Below are positions 25,345 through 36,654 of a DNA stretch of 64,000 nt, in pieces; position 1 is the stretch's first letter, and each line of letters starts with the position of its first letter. The stretch covers positions 3,543,041-3,607,040 of the forward strand of contig MU054212.1 of NCBI GenBank assembly GCA_013239625.1, written 5' to 3'. The position numbers and the translations under genes are program-made. The notes under the pieces were generated by a model. The model worked only from the letters and a program-made list of their open reading frames with translations. It was not told where the DNA came from and did not search any database. The DNA is from Lama guanicoe (lineage: Eukaryota).

Positions 25345-26800
25345 ACTGGACCTAAGCAAATCTTTGTTCTAGTCAAGTTCATTGAATGCAAGCAACAGAT
25401 CCTACTAAATTTAGCTTCAATAAAAAAGTGACCCAGAGAGCATCTTGCAGTGCCAGAAAGGAAGGAAATGCTTAAAAACATGAAACCCAAAACTCCAGAA
25501 ATGACAAAGGGACACAAGAGCCAAATGGAAAGCTCCCACTAGCCAAAGAAAAACATTTCAGCAATAAAATATGTAGCAGAGTATTGGATTATAACCTAAA
25601 GTATAAAATAAGTATTCATGACTCTCCAATGATTGAATAAACACTTGGGAGAGAACAGCCAAGTCTCCCACGCAGAAGAATGTCAATTTAAGCAGACTCT
25701 GTACTCAAGGAGGGAGAGTGTAACTCCCCACTCCTCAGACGCGGGTTGTGCAGAGTGACTTCCTACTGAAGGACACAGCAGGACAAGAGCAGAGGCAGAG
25801 TGACTTCAGGCAGAGAAACCGCCAAACACGACCTCACCCAGGTGATCAAGGCCAGCATCATCAGTGATGAGCCATGTTGACAGCAGGCACCTGTGACACG
25901 ATGTGATGAGACTGGCAGTTTACCTCTATGGTTCCCTTCTCAGAAACACATGACTCTAGTGTAATCATGAAAAAAAAAATCAGACAAATCCCTCTTAGGA
26001 CACATTCTACCAAGTCTCTGACCAGTAGTCCTCAAAACTGTGAAGGTCACCCAAAGCAAGGAAAATCTTAGAAGCTGTCACACAACCAAGTGCAGCCTAC
26101 GGAGCCATGATGACCTAACAGAATAGAGTGTCCTAGGTGGGATCCCAGAACAGAAAAAAAGACATTAGGTGAAAAACTTCAGGAAATCTGAAAAGTATGG
26201 ACTTCAGTAAATACTAGTGTCAATATTGACTCATTAATTTTAGCAAACGTACCATGCTAATGTAAGATGTTAATAACAGGAAAAACTGGGTGTAGGATTT
26301 GTAGGAACCCTGTGTACTACCTTGGCAGTGTTTCTGTACATCCAAAACTGTTTTTTAAAAAATAAAGTTTATTTTTAAAAAAAGAAGCATAGAGGGGGTG
26401 AAGTCGAGCTGGCTACTGAAAGCGAAAGGGAACTTCTTGGAATCAGAGGTGGAGCCCATTGAAAACCAGAGCTGGGGACCTGAGAGCAACAAGGAGCGAG
26501 GTCGCCTCTGCTGACTGTCAGTGGTGCCAGGTCTCTCATCTGTGCTTCCTTCTGCATATTGGGTTCTCTTTTGCAACCTGCTCAATCTAACAATGAATGA
26601 ACTAGGCACATGGTCCACATACCATCCCTGGTCTCTCTGTCACCGCATCAGCTTCAGCAACCATCTCAGCCACTTTAATTCAAATTCCCTTCCTCAGATT
26701 AGATACAGAATCTCATTAGCTGCCAGGCAGCCAGGGGTTTGAATGTCCTTCAAACACATACAGAATCTTAGCCCAAATAGTTACGGTAGCAGAAGAGAGT
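25345..26800 (-). mobile_element. very old MLT1-type LTR split by the L1MC insertion (pieces ~25345-25495 and ~26386-26800)
   Basis: tgcaagcaacagatcctactaaatttagcttcaataaaaaag is a typical antisense MLT1 end; MLT-like sequence continues after the L1 A-tail. Confidence 0.4.
25500..26385 (+). mobile_element. L1MC3/L1MC4-like 3' UTR with A-rich tail
   Basis: gtattggattataacc...cccaggtgatcaagg...gtcctcaaaactgtgaaggtcac...gggatcccagaacagaaaaaaagacattagg...aagatgttaataacagg...aataaagtttatttttaaaaaa. Confidence 0.85.
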
Positions 26801-26959
26801 GAAGGGCCACGAGGTGGCCTCTTCCAGGGTCTCAGAGAGAATATTCTTTAAATAAAGTTGATGGGGACCGGGGAGGATAATGGAATAAGTTTATACAAAA
26901 GCATCATGTAAATGTATTTATGCTATAAATTAGAAAGCATAATATAAATACAAAGAAAT

Positions 26960-27468
26960 TGTTGCCAGTATATATTATCACAGTACAGCTCTGCACCGAA
27001 CACAAACTCTTGGTGTCATCAGACAGTAAACATGGACTTAACTCACGCGTCTGCAGTGTTCAGAGGATGTGGGCTAGGCTCGGCAGGGCTGGTCATGCAT
27101 CTGTGGTCCTCTGCGGCTTACTGCCACAGTAATGACGTCTGGTGGTCGGCTGCCTGTCAGCTGGGACAGTAGGAACACACGTCTCTCCTCCTCCTCCAGC
27201 AGGCTAGCCTAGACAAGTTCTCAGACAAAGTCAGAGGGGCAAAGAGGAGATGGAAATGGCAGGCATTTGCCCAAGCCTCTGCCTGCCTCACAGCGGTGGC
27301 TATGCAGTGGCCAAGTCAAATCGCGTGGTCCAACTCCGAATCAAGGATGAGGGAAATACACTCCCTGAACGCAGAAGGCCGCTAAGTCACAAAGCAGGGC
27401 GTGCGGGTATGGGGGTGGGGCTGAGGCTCCGAAGAACTGGGATCATTAACACAATCAATATGCCACAC
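26960..27468 (-). mobile_element. MLT1H/G-like MaLR LTR
   Basis: cctccagcaggctagcctag...caagcctctgcctgcctcac...tggccaagtcaaatcgcgtgg...gaagaactgggatcattaacacaatcaatatgccaca. Confidence 0.7.
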
Positions 27469-28659
27469 AAAAGAAATATCAGAGTAATCAGATGGTGGGA
27501 TTAATTTGAGAAGCCCACCCAGAGGAAAGGATTTTGAATAAGTGTTTAAGCCAAATTATAGGAGAGCATATATAGATGTCTTCATCATTTGGTCTGATTT
27601 AAAAGTATTTCTACTTTTGCTATTATGATTAAAGGGATCAAAAGAGGACAGGATGCAGCAGCTTCTATGTCCTGGAGTGAAATTATGATTCAGTTATTAA
27701 CTCTGCTGCTCAGAAGCCCACAAGAAGTAACGCCGCGTCCTTCGATTTGGCCTCATCTATTGTGACAAGGCTCCAGGGAGCTGATGGGCATGAAATTCAT
27801 TTCATGTCTCTTTCACAGAATGCCTGAGTTTTCCAAATACCTTTATGATGTTTCAGGTTTCAGTTACCTAGTATGTGATCTCACAAACTCACAGTCTTCA
27901 AAAGAAGGAACATTAACTTCTCCTCAAAAGCCTGAAGTTCTTTGTTACCAGAAACCCAGGAAGTATCATTCCGGGAGAAACATACAGGTGCACATAGGTC
28001 ACTTTTGATAAAATGTCATGTGTTCTAAGGGCAATGGAAATACGTATCTTACGCAAACTCAAAACTGAATAGATGGCCCAGGTTTAGATAAAATAGATTC
28101 AAACCGTCCTTATGTATAAATACATTAACAAATAGATCATACTCTTCCCGTATCTCCGGTTTCTCAAAATACTTCGTATAAATAAGAAAAATGGCATTGT
28201 GACCAAGGCAGCAAACAGATAAATAAGTGTGCAAATAAGTACAATAACATTTTTAGAATCTCCCAGTAAAAATAAAATTACCCCTTTCTTCCATTAAATG
28301 AGAAGAAATAAGAATACACAAAAGATGGGCAAATGTTTAACTGCCATTAATTCCCTTGTGTATTTCCAGTGCTGTAATTTATCAAGTTTACTTCTTTCTA
28401 TGCGTACCACAAGTCACAGTAATTAAACCCGAGTTTTTCTGTTTGTTTCACTTCCAACAATCCGTTGAGAATAGTGGTAATGTGGGGAACTCTTGGCTTT
28501 CTCCTCACGCCCTGACAGACATCACAGTTTGGTTTGAAAGCTCTTTTTAACAGAGGCTGGACCAGGTCTCTAAATCCACCTTAACTCATTCTGTTGGTTA
28601 ACTCCATCATGAGAGCAGAAGTTAACAACGTGAGGAAACCAGTTAGCCCTTCCCGACCC

Positions 28660-29060
28660 ATCCACACTTCCTCCCTCTCTGCACCCGTGGCTAATACAGC
28701 CGATTTCCACTCATCCCTCCAATTTCAGCTCGCTTACCATCTCTCCCAGGGGTCTTCCTCAACTGATCATTCTCATCCTGCTACATCACCTCTGTGTTCT
28801 CATAAAACCCTGGGCAGAACTCAATGAAAGAGCTATGTGTACTGTGTCATCGTCCATATTTAGTTCTCTACCCCACTCAGTGGTCTATGAAAGAGACATA
28901 AGTAAACTAAGAAGAGAGAACAGCTAAATGTGATTGTGATCTGTCTGCAGACGGCACTGCCTTCTCACAGCACAGCACACAGAACGTGGTGCTGACAATT
29001 TTGGAGAATGTGTTCCAGCTTGCAGAGTGAGCGAGTGAGTGATTTAAAAGTGAATGAATT
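28660..29060 (+). mobile_element. L2 3' fragment
   Basis: ttccactcatccctccaatttcagctc...cacagcacagcacacagaacgtggtgctgacaatt...gtgaatgaat. Confidence 0.5.
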
Positions 29061-29319
29061 TGGAAAGGAAAGGGCCACGTTTGCATGTTTCCTTTTATCC
29101 ATGCTCCTCACCCAGAAAGTTACCAAACGTTGGTGACATTTTTCAGAGTTTATTTATAGCAAAAATAGTCCCACTTAATAAAAAAAAAATCAGTCTTATA
29201 TAACATGTCTCTAAAGTTCTTGGGCAGGGGTGAGGGGGTGGGGAAGCAGCAAGGTGATGACAGAAGAGGTTTTATTTTTGGCTCCATTGAAGGCGCTGAG
29301 GATAGAAGTTTATTTATTC

Positions 29320-29500
29320 AGGCAGCTCGGCGGCACTAGGAGAGCCGTGAGGCTTGGAAGCTTTGGGAGATCACAGCTTACCTGCTATCAGGCTACCTAA
29401 AATTTCGGAGCCTCAGCGCCTGTCCTTGTAAACTAAAGACAACAGGAGCGACCTTCTTAGGTGACTCTGAGGGGCGGTCGTGACAAGCCAGCCAGATCAC
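29320..29500 (+). mobile_element. MIR fragment
   Basis: ggcagctcggcggcactaggagagccgtgaggcttgga...ggagcctcagcgcctgtccttgtaaac. Confidence 0.45.
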
Positions 29501-31203
29501 TGCATGCCTCTTAACCTGGGGGCCACCCTGATGATACTGACAGAACCCCTGTAGCTACCGGAGGCCCCAGAATACAGCTGGTATATCTTTCAGCATTATT
29601 TTATTCAAAGAGACGGGAGACATATTAATTTTGTATTGAAATAAACATCTATATTACATGGACACAATGCAAAATGCTCATGAATATTTATGAGAAATCA
29701 CAGGGCTTCAGAGAAATTTCATGCTTGGCTCAGGGAGCAACAGCTGATACCCTGAATTACCCAAGGAGTCACCCTGACTTTTCTCTACTGCTGAGTTAGG
29801 AACGCTGGAAAACCCCTGATTGGGCTAAAAGATTTCAAACACCTTCAAACACCATATAACTGGAAGATACTTGCAGTTTTAAATTTTAAAATTATTTATT
29901 TACAATTTGTCCTTAGAAATGAGTCCTGAGACTGGGTATTGCTTAGAGAGCCAAACCCACTAGTAGCTAAAGTGTCTTATTTTATAGCCACGTATGGAAT
30001 TCTTCAAGTTTATTTACATAATTATATCCCCAAGCACCTAATTAATTTATTTTTGCCATTCATGAACGCAAAGTGCATCTCTTCTTGGCAGAGCCCTATA
30101 AGTAAACAATGAGAAGGGGAAGGAATGTGAGACTTTCTGCTCAGGCAGACTCTTAACATGCAAAATAGTGATGGCAACGCAGCTGGCAGAAAAAATAAAT
30201 TGCAACTCAGCCAGTGTGGAGGAATTTTCAAATACAGCATGCACAGGATGTTAGTCTATGTTAGCTCTTAGAATCTTAAGAAGAAATTCCATGTAGGTGT
30301 TCTTCAAGAACTAGAAATTGCCGCCACTGCTGGATTTCATAGAGCCGGCCGGCTCCTCTGATACGTGATCACATCAATATGGCTGCTTCGAAGACAGCAA
30401 TTTGCTTTCACCTGCTCACACACACATGAATTCCCCCCCAACACACACACACGGCTATTCAACTGTGTTAAAAGCCATCAAGTCAAAGTGCAGAGGAGAA
30501 ATTGAGAACAAGGTAGTACAAAATAGATGAGAAACCAAGTATAGGAGATGAACTATGAGCAGAGAAAGCCAGCTTTTTTCAAGGTAGAACTAAAAGTTGC
30601 TTCTGAAAAATACCTGACAAGGGGTGTTGTTACAAGTAGATGAAAAGTATATTTGCATTTTCCCAGATCCTGTCTGCACCTGCTTCTAATTTTGTTTATA
30701 GTCGTCAAATTGCTGTTTTCATACTCCTTGTGAGACAAGTGTTTGGTTGTTTGGAGAGTGTTGGTGTTTTGTGTTTTAGAGCTGGTTACCATTAACAGGT
30801 AAATATAATTAGACTAGGGAGACCTTAGGGTATGAGAGTTGGGGAAAGTTTTAAATAGTATTACTGTAGTTTGCTCCAAGTTCTAAAACTGAAACATAGA
30901 TCCTAGGACCAAAACTTTCATTTGTATACATTTGTGTCAGAGACTTAACTAGTCTTTGTCATCTACAAAAGCTCTATAGCTGATTTACCTGGAGGCGCTG
31001 GTTTGACTGCAGATGATCACAAGAAAGCCTTTCTGTTCAGGACCCAAAGGATGAAAGATACTTTTTTCCCCCTAACATTATTTTACAGGCTCATCCTGAT
31101 TCAGTGATAAAGGAATACTCATGCTCGATCAGTACTTTGGGGCTGATGATAAGCACTGTGGCTGGATATTGTTTCTATTCAACTGTGCAAAACCCTAGAG
31201 AAT

Positions 31204-31224
31204 TGATTGACAGCTGCGGGGCGG
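31204..31224 (+). promoter_or_regulatory. candidate PBX-MEIS/PKNOX decamer overlapping an E-box, followed by a GC box
   Basis: TGATTGACAG (31204-31213), CAGCTG (31211-31216), GGGGCGG (31218-31224) in apparently unique sequence; motif match only. Confidence 0.4.
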
Positions 31225-32498
31225 CATTAGGTAAAGAAGGTGTCTGGTGCAACTTCAGTGTTCTGCCTGATGGAATAGCTTGATCACACTGTCAGCGAGG
31301 TACCTGCAATTCCAATACCAAAGACCATTTGGTCGCTGAGAGATTCTTAACCCTCATTACGACTTCTACTTGAATAATCTAATGCCACAGCTCAAAGATA
31401 CTGAAATTATCTCTTGTACTCTGGCCCTCTTCACAAGAGACTGCCACCAATATTCTGGAAGGAGAGAGAGAGAGAATGATATGACCGAGGAGCTAGGAGC
31501 TACTTCATCTGAGCCCCAAGTTTCTAAAGAAGTCTCTTCTGGACTGCTGGGGTATGACAAATGCATACACAGTGGAACTATTTAGGGAACTAACATTGGC
31601 CAGTATACTCATAAACCTCTGGGTCAGGGGACAAACGATGCTAAAACAATCTGCATGGACTTTCAACTGTCAGCGCATTCACCATTTTTTAAAGAGATGC
31701 ACACTAAAAATTGAGCCAAACGTGAACTCAGATTAATATTGGAATCCTTAAGCCATTAAATCCGAAATGAAAAACATCATACTCAATCCAGATCTAGAAC
31801 CTTCAAGATTTATATTACATACGCCCCTTAATAGATGTGGGGGTTTCTTTTTTTTTTTTTTAAGGTTTCAGATTGATCTGCTTTACATGCCACTGAAAAG
31901 ATGCATTCAAAATAATCAAGAGCTTTAGGCGTAATTCAAATGGAAGTGTCATTGAAATGACACTAATCATGAACTCAGCATGCCAGCTCATCTAGGAGAG
32001 CTGTATTCATTTCCTCCCAAGTCCGCACGCATCCATTTCACCTTCTTGTAAGAAGACACAAATCAGGCATTTCCCCTGGTAAACAAATGTTACCACAATG
32101 TTTCCCTTTCCGCAGAATTCTTACGACGCGCATTTGTGGGGTTAAAAGATGTTGTTACGATGGGCTTTTGTGGGGTTTAAAAGAGAAATATCCCCTCAGC
32201 AGGAAAACAACCTGTGTGGCTGGGACGAAAGGGAGGAAGAGGCCCCTGGAGCAAGAGACTTTCCCTTCTCTTCTTCTGAGAAACAGGAAGAAGATGAGCC
32301 GATGCTTCAGAGGAGACACTGGGATGTCTCACCCATGAGCTGAGTCAGGGGCTCCCCTACAAGACATCTGGTCGTTCTTTCTTTCTTCTGGTCTACCCCT
32401 GCCGTTTAAACTGACTTTTAGCTTTCCAGTCTCTGTCAGCTCCTGCTACCCTTTCTTATTCTTCCGTGACTGCTTTCTTTTATTTGTATTTCCTCTAC

Positions 32499-32911
32499 TG
32501 TTAAAGAAAAAAACAATGATTCATGGCACTTCATTAAAGGGGTTAAGACAAACTTTATTCAGAGGGACTCCTGCAAGAGGGGTTTGGCAGTCGGGGTGGG
32601 CACTGGGCTGGGCTCTGACTGCAACAGGGACCAGCGTTGATTTACAGCCAAGGAGGAGGGCGAGGTCAGTGGATGGAAAATCGTTTAGGGGGAACATTAA
32701 GGCCAGGGGGATTCTTGCTAGACTGACCCAACAGGATTCTTCCTGAAGGCAAGCCAGGGGATAAAATATCAAGGGTGGGGGATTTTCAATAAATCGACCC
32801 AGCAGGATTCTTTTTAAAACTAAAAGGCGCCAAACACTGAGCCCAAAGGCTGGGACCTTGAGGGTTCAGAGCAACTGGACTAGAGTTGGGTCAAGAAGAG
32901 AGTCCTTGTCA
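32499..32911 (-). mobile_element. MER31-like ERV1 solo LTR
   Basis: TG...CA termini (tgttaaagaaaaaa...aagaagagagtccttgtca); ggtcagtggatggaaaat and repeated caggattctt; near-TSD ctac/ccac. Confidence 0.8.
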
Positions 32912-33129
32912 CCACCTAAAATAAAGCAAACATTCTCTAAAACTCTGCTTTCCAGTCCTCACAGGAAAGGTCCTCTCCATCAGATTCTTTTGCCTGTAGA
33001 GGCCCCAGTGTCATCCTCCATGTCTGAGAAGTAACTATGCAGGACTGCAGTCTACAGACTGGTTGGGGTCAAGCTGCCATTTTTCAAAATAGGGTGTAGG
33101 TCTTCTTGTCTTCCGTGTCTACAACATTA

Positions 33130-34112
33130 TTGCAGCAGAAACCTAGCGTCAGCTTTACTCTTTATTGCTCCCACATCCAGCTGATTAGTCACGTCTTTAC
33201 ATCCTACCTCCAAAATACGTCCCAAATATTTTGCCCATTTCTCATCATCACCATTTACTCTTTCCTGGATTCCTGCAACACTCTTTTGACTGGTCTCCCC
33301 ACTTCTTTTCTTGTTCCCTTCTATCATCTCCAAAATTTTTGACTTATAGATGGGGAAATGGCATTTTTAAAACAAAAGTTGGATCAGATCATTACCAACC
33401 CCCACCCCCCGGCAATTTATTGGACTCTCCACTGCAATTAGAATATGATCCATCTCTCTGTGCTTTGATCTATAAATCCGTATGACTTGACCTCTGTCTT
33501 TCTCTTTAACCTCATCTTGCTCCAATCTCCATCCAGTTCCTTCTGGTCCAGCCCACCACATATCTCCCCTTCTTTTTCCTTTGGGTCTCAGGGTAAATGC
33601 CCTCTTTGGAAAATGCCCCTAGAGTGGCCTCCGCTCTCCTCTCAGCCCCTGTTTGCTCCCTTCACAGCACTTATTAAACTTGAACATTTTTTGTCTGTCT
33701 TTTAACTTCATTTGGCTGTCTGACTCAGCATCAGCCGGCTCCTAGCCTACCAGCCATCTGTCTTCATCATCATTGTATTCCTAGTACCTAGAAAATAGTC
33801 GGATACATAATAGATGCGCAATGACTCTGTTTTTAATTGAAGTATAGTTGATTTACAGGATTGTGTTAGTTTCAGGTGCACAGCAAAGTGATTCAGTTAC
33901 TGTTTTTCAGATTATATTCCATTATAGGCTATTGCAAGAAATTGAGTGTAATTCCCTGTGCCATACAGTAAATCCTTATTGCTAATCTATTTAATGTATA
34001 GTAGTTTTTATCTGTTAATCCCAGGCTCCCAATTTGTCCCTCCCTCCCTCTCCCCTCTGGTAACCATACATTTGTTTTCCATGTCAATAATTGTTTTTTG
34101 GATCAATGAATG
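33130..34112 (+). mobile_element. L2 3' region whose tail is interrupted by the L1 at 33828-34085
   Basis: cccacatccagctgattag...ctacctccaaaatac...cctggattcctgcaacactcttttgactggtctccc...ttgtattcctagtacctag...; tail resumes as caataattgttttttggatcaatgaatg. Confidence 0.7.
33828..34085 (-). mobile_element. 5'-truncated cetartiodactyl-type L1, 3' UTR (copy 3 of 3)
   Basis: tttttaattgaagtatagttgatttaca...gtttcaggtgcacagcaaagtgattcagtta...ccattataggctattgcaag...ttccctgtgccatacagta...ctggtaaccatacatttgttttc. Confidence 0.85.
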
Positions 34113-36174
34113 TCCTCAAGGCGCTTCCCAAAAGTCCCTTAGGCAGGAACTTCTAGAAAGAGTACAACACTCTCTTTTAACTGCCCTATTGTCTTTGATT
34201 TTAGAGAGATTTAAATTTCTTTCTGATATGAAATTATCCACTCAATTTCTCTAACCATATTCAAATTAAGTTCTTTAATGAGTATAGGTCATTAATGAGG
34301 TATAAAGGGCATGAGTAAACAGAGAATAGGTGTGCCTCTAAAAAAGTCAACTTTCACAAAACTATTCAAGCCTGCTCTCCACATTGTGGCACAATCTTCC
34401 TGAAAAATATAGATTATAATGTGGGTGCATAAAATGGAAGTCCCATGTTTATTGTTACAACTGGAGTGACTCCAGGGGTGATCTGGGTTCTAATAGTGAC
34501 CCAAGAGTGAAGTAAACTTGCAGTTCCATGAACTCCGATGTCTTTAGGAGGGAGCCTGCCCGGAGCTCATATTGGTTTCTGCACGGTCTCTGCCAGAGGT
34601 AAGGACTAGGAGTGGGGTCTGGCCAACACAGGGCTCCCGTGCTCAGAGAGGGCATGGCAGCTGGCTGAGGCAACCTGGCCTCTGCCCAAAGACCTGGCAG
34701 GTGTCGGAGACACATGCAATGGATTACCTTCCCTTTCCCAAAATACATTAAATGCTGATCAGCAATTCTCCGGGGATAATCATGAAATTAGACCTGTGAT
34801 CATGTCATCAAATACCCATCTTGAGAGGGTCCAAATTATGCAACCTGCCCCTCTCTGGAAGGCTCGGTCACGTACGCATTCATGGCAAACTTTTTGGATG
34901 AACTTCAGCAGCTGCTTGTCCTAAAGAGCTGGACACAGAATTCTTGGGCAGCATTTCATGTCCACTCTTCTGAAAGGCATGCAGAATTTCTGCTATTAAT
35001 GACGAATTTCCTGCAACTTTGTTGGGAGAGGCTGTGGTACAGATGCAGGCCAACTGTGCTCTGAGTACAAGATTTTATTTCCACTTATAATCAGTCAGCC
35101 ACATTTTTAGAAAGAAAATGTTATATGAATTAATTGTAACAAAATTGCCACCAGTTTAGGGAACTATAAGGTTAGTAGATGTGGACCACACATTGTAACA
35201 CTTCAAAAAGGGGTAGAACATTAAAATACTTTCTGTAGAAATATTCCTAATAAATGATGCATACACTGATTTTTCCCATTAACTCGGTTGTTAGTTTTAG
35301 ATGAATATATCCAAGTTACGATCATTGTTTCTTATATTTGATTTTTAAGGACTTTCTCTCTAACTCCATTTAGTCAAGTCCTTTTCAAAATAAAATACCA
35401 CAGATTGACTGTAATGATGCAGATTTAGTCATATCAATCAATGTAAACTAAAAAGAGACTATCACCCAGTATAATTGGGTGAAAATTAGATATAAAAGCA
35501 GAGTTATATTTCTATAAAATGAAATCTCAAGTTCTTTGCCAAGTGTCTGTGTTACTATTAATGGACTAGATGGTCCTTGCGTTCACCTGAACACCGTGGT
35601 GGCCTGGGAAATCCGGGGGCCAAATTTGAGAGCAGAAGTAAAGGGAAGATCAAATTGTTCTGCCAAATAGACTGAGAAGAATTTGGAGGGGAGGAATCCA
35701 GGGAAATTGAAGAAGAGAGATGAGAGGGCAGAGGAAGAAAGAAGAAACAGAAAATAAATGATGAGTGATTAGGGGAAAATCTCAAGTGGGAGGGTAATTA
35801 AAAGAGCTTTTAAGAAGAATATTTAACATACAATTTCCAGTTTCTTAATTTCTGCAACATAAACTTCTTCCATCTTCTAGGTTTTTAACAAAGTGTGCTG
35901 GATTCTCTCTGCCTCTCAGTGTAAGTCAGAGAAAGGGCCAGCGCTATCCACAGTCCATGCACGGTTACGTGGGACAAGACTGCAAAACGACCCACTACCT
36001 GGGTTAATTAAGGGGAATAAATCTCAGAGCCAGAGGTGACCATAGGAACATCATCCTCTTCAGTTTTACAAGCATTTTTAAGTCATGTCTAACTTGGAGA
36101 AAATTTAAAGACAAGGAAATACCTCAATAGCCATAGTTAGGATGTGAAAGCAAACGGAGAAAAAGCCAGCTCTG

Positions 36175-36654
36175 TGTAACTGAGCGGGATCCTGTGGGGT
36201 CTTCCCGAGGCAGACCCCTCCCCTGTATCCTCTGCTTTAGCTCCTCTCCGAAGTATCTGGATAATATTATCTGGTGCACATTCCCTGAGTTGTTCTGCAG
36301 ATGCTAAAACCCCCACCAAATGGAAAGAAATTAGCACATCCCCTCCAGAGTCTGCCCTGAACCAGGAAATCTTTGCCATGATTTATCACCTTTTTTCCTT
36401 TACCTCATCATCAAACAATCAGAGAATTGTGCAGGGGCTGATCACTGACCCTGGGACTCCCCTCCTTTCCCTGGCCTTTAAAAATGCTTTTTTGAAACCC
36501 ATCTGGGAGTTTGGGCTTTTTGAGCACTGACTTTCCTGGACTCCTTGTCTGGCGCCTTACGATAAATGCTGCACTCTCCTTCCTCACAATCCGGGGTCAG
36601 TAAATTGGTTTCATTGTGCGCAGGCCATGGGACCCAAGTTTTGGTTCAGTAAAA
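36175..36654 (+). mobile_element. ERV1 solo LTR, MER41-like (cetartiodactyl MER41_BT/Vpa type)
   Basis: Begins tgtaactgagcgggatcctgtgggg, ends gacccaagttttggttcagtaaaa (cf. ...gtaaca); TATA-like tttaaaaa near 36477; polyA-like gataaa near 36561; near-TSD tctg/tcta. Family name from recall. Confidence 0.7.

Noticed and set aside
31945..31964. 9-bp inverted repeat agtgtcatt-ga-aatgacact
   Set aside because: Short and isolated; compatible with chance; too small for a pre-miRNA or MITE.
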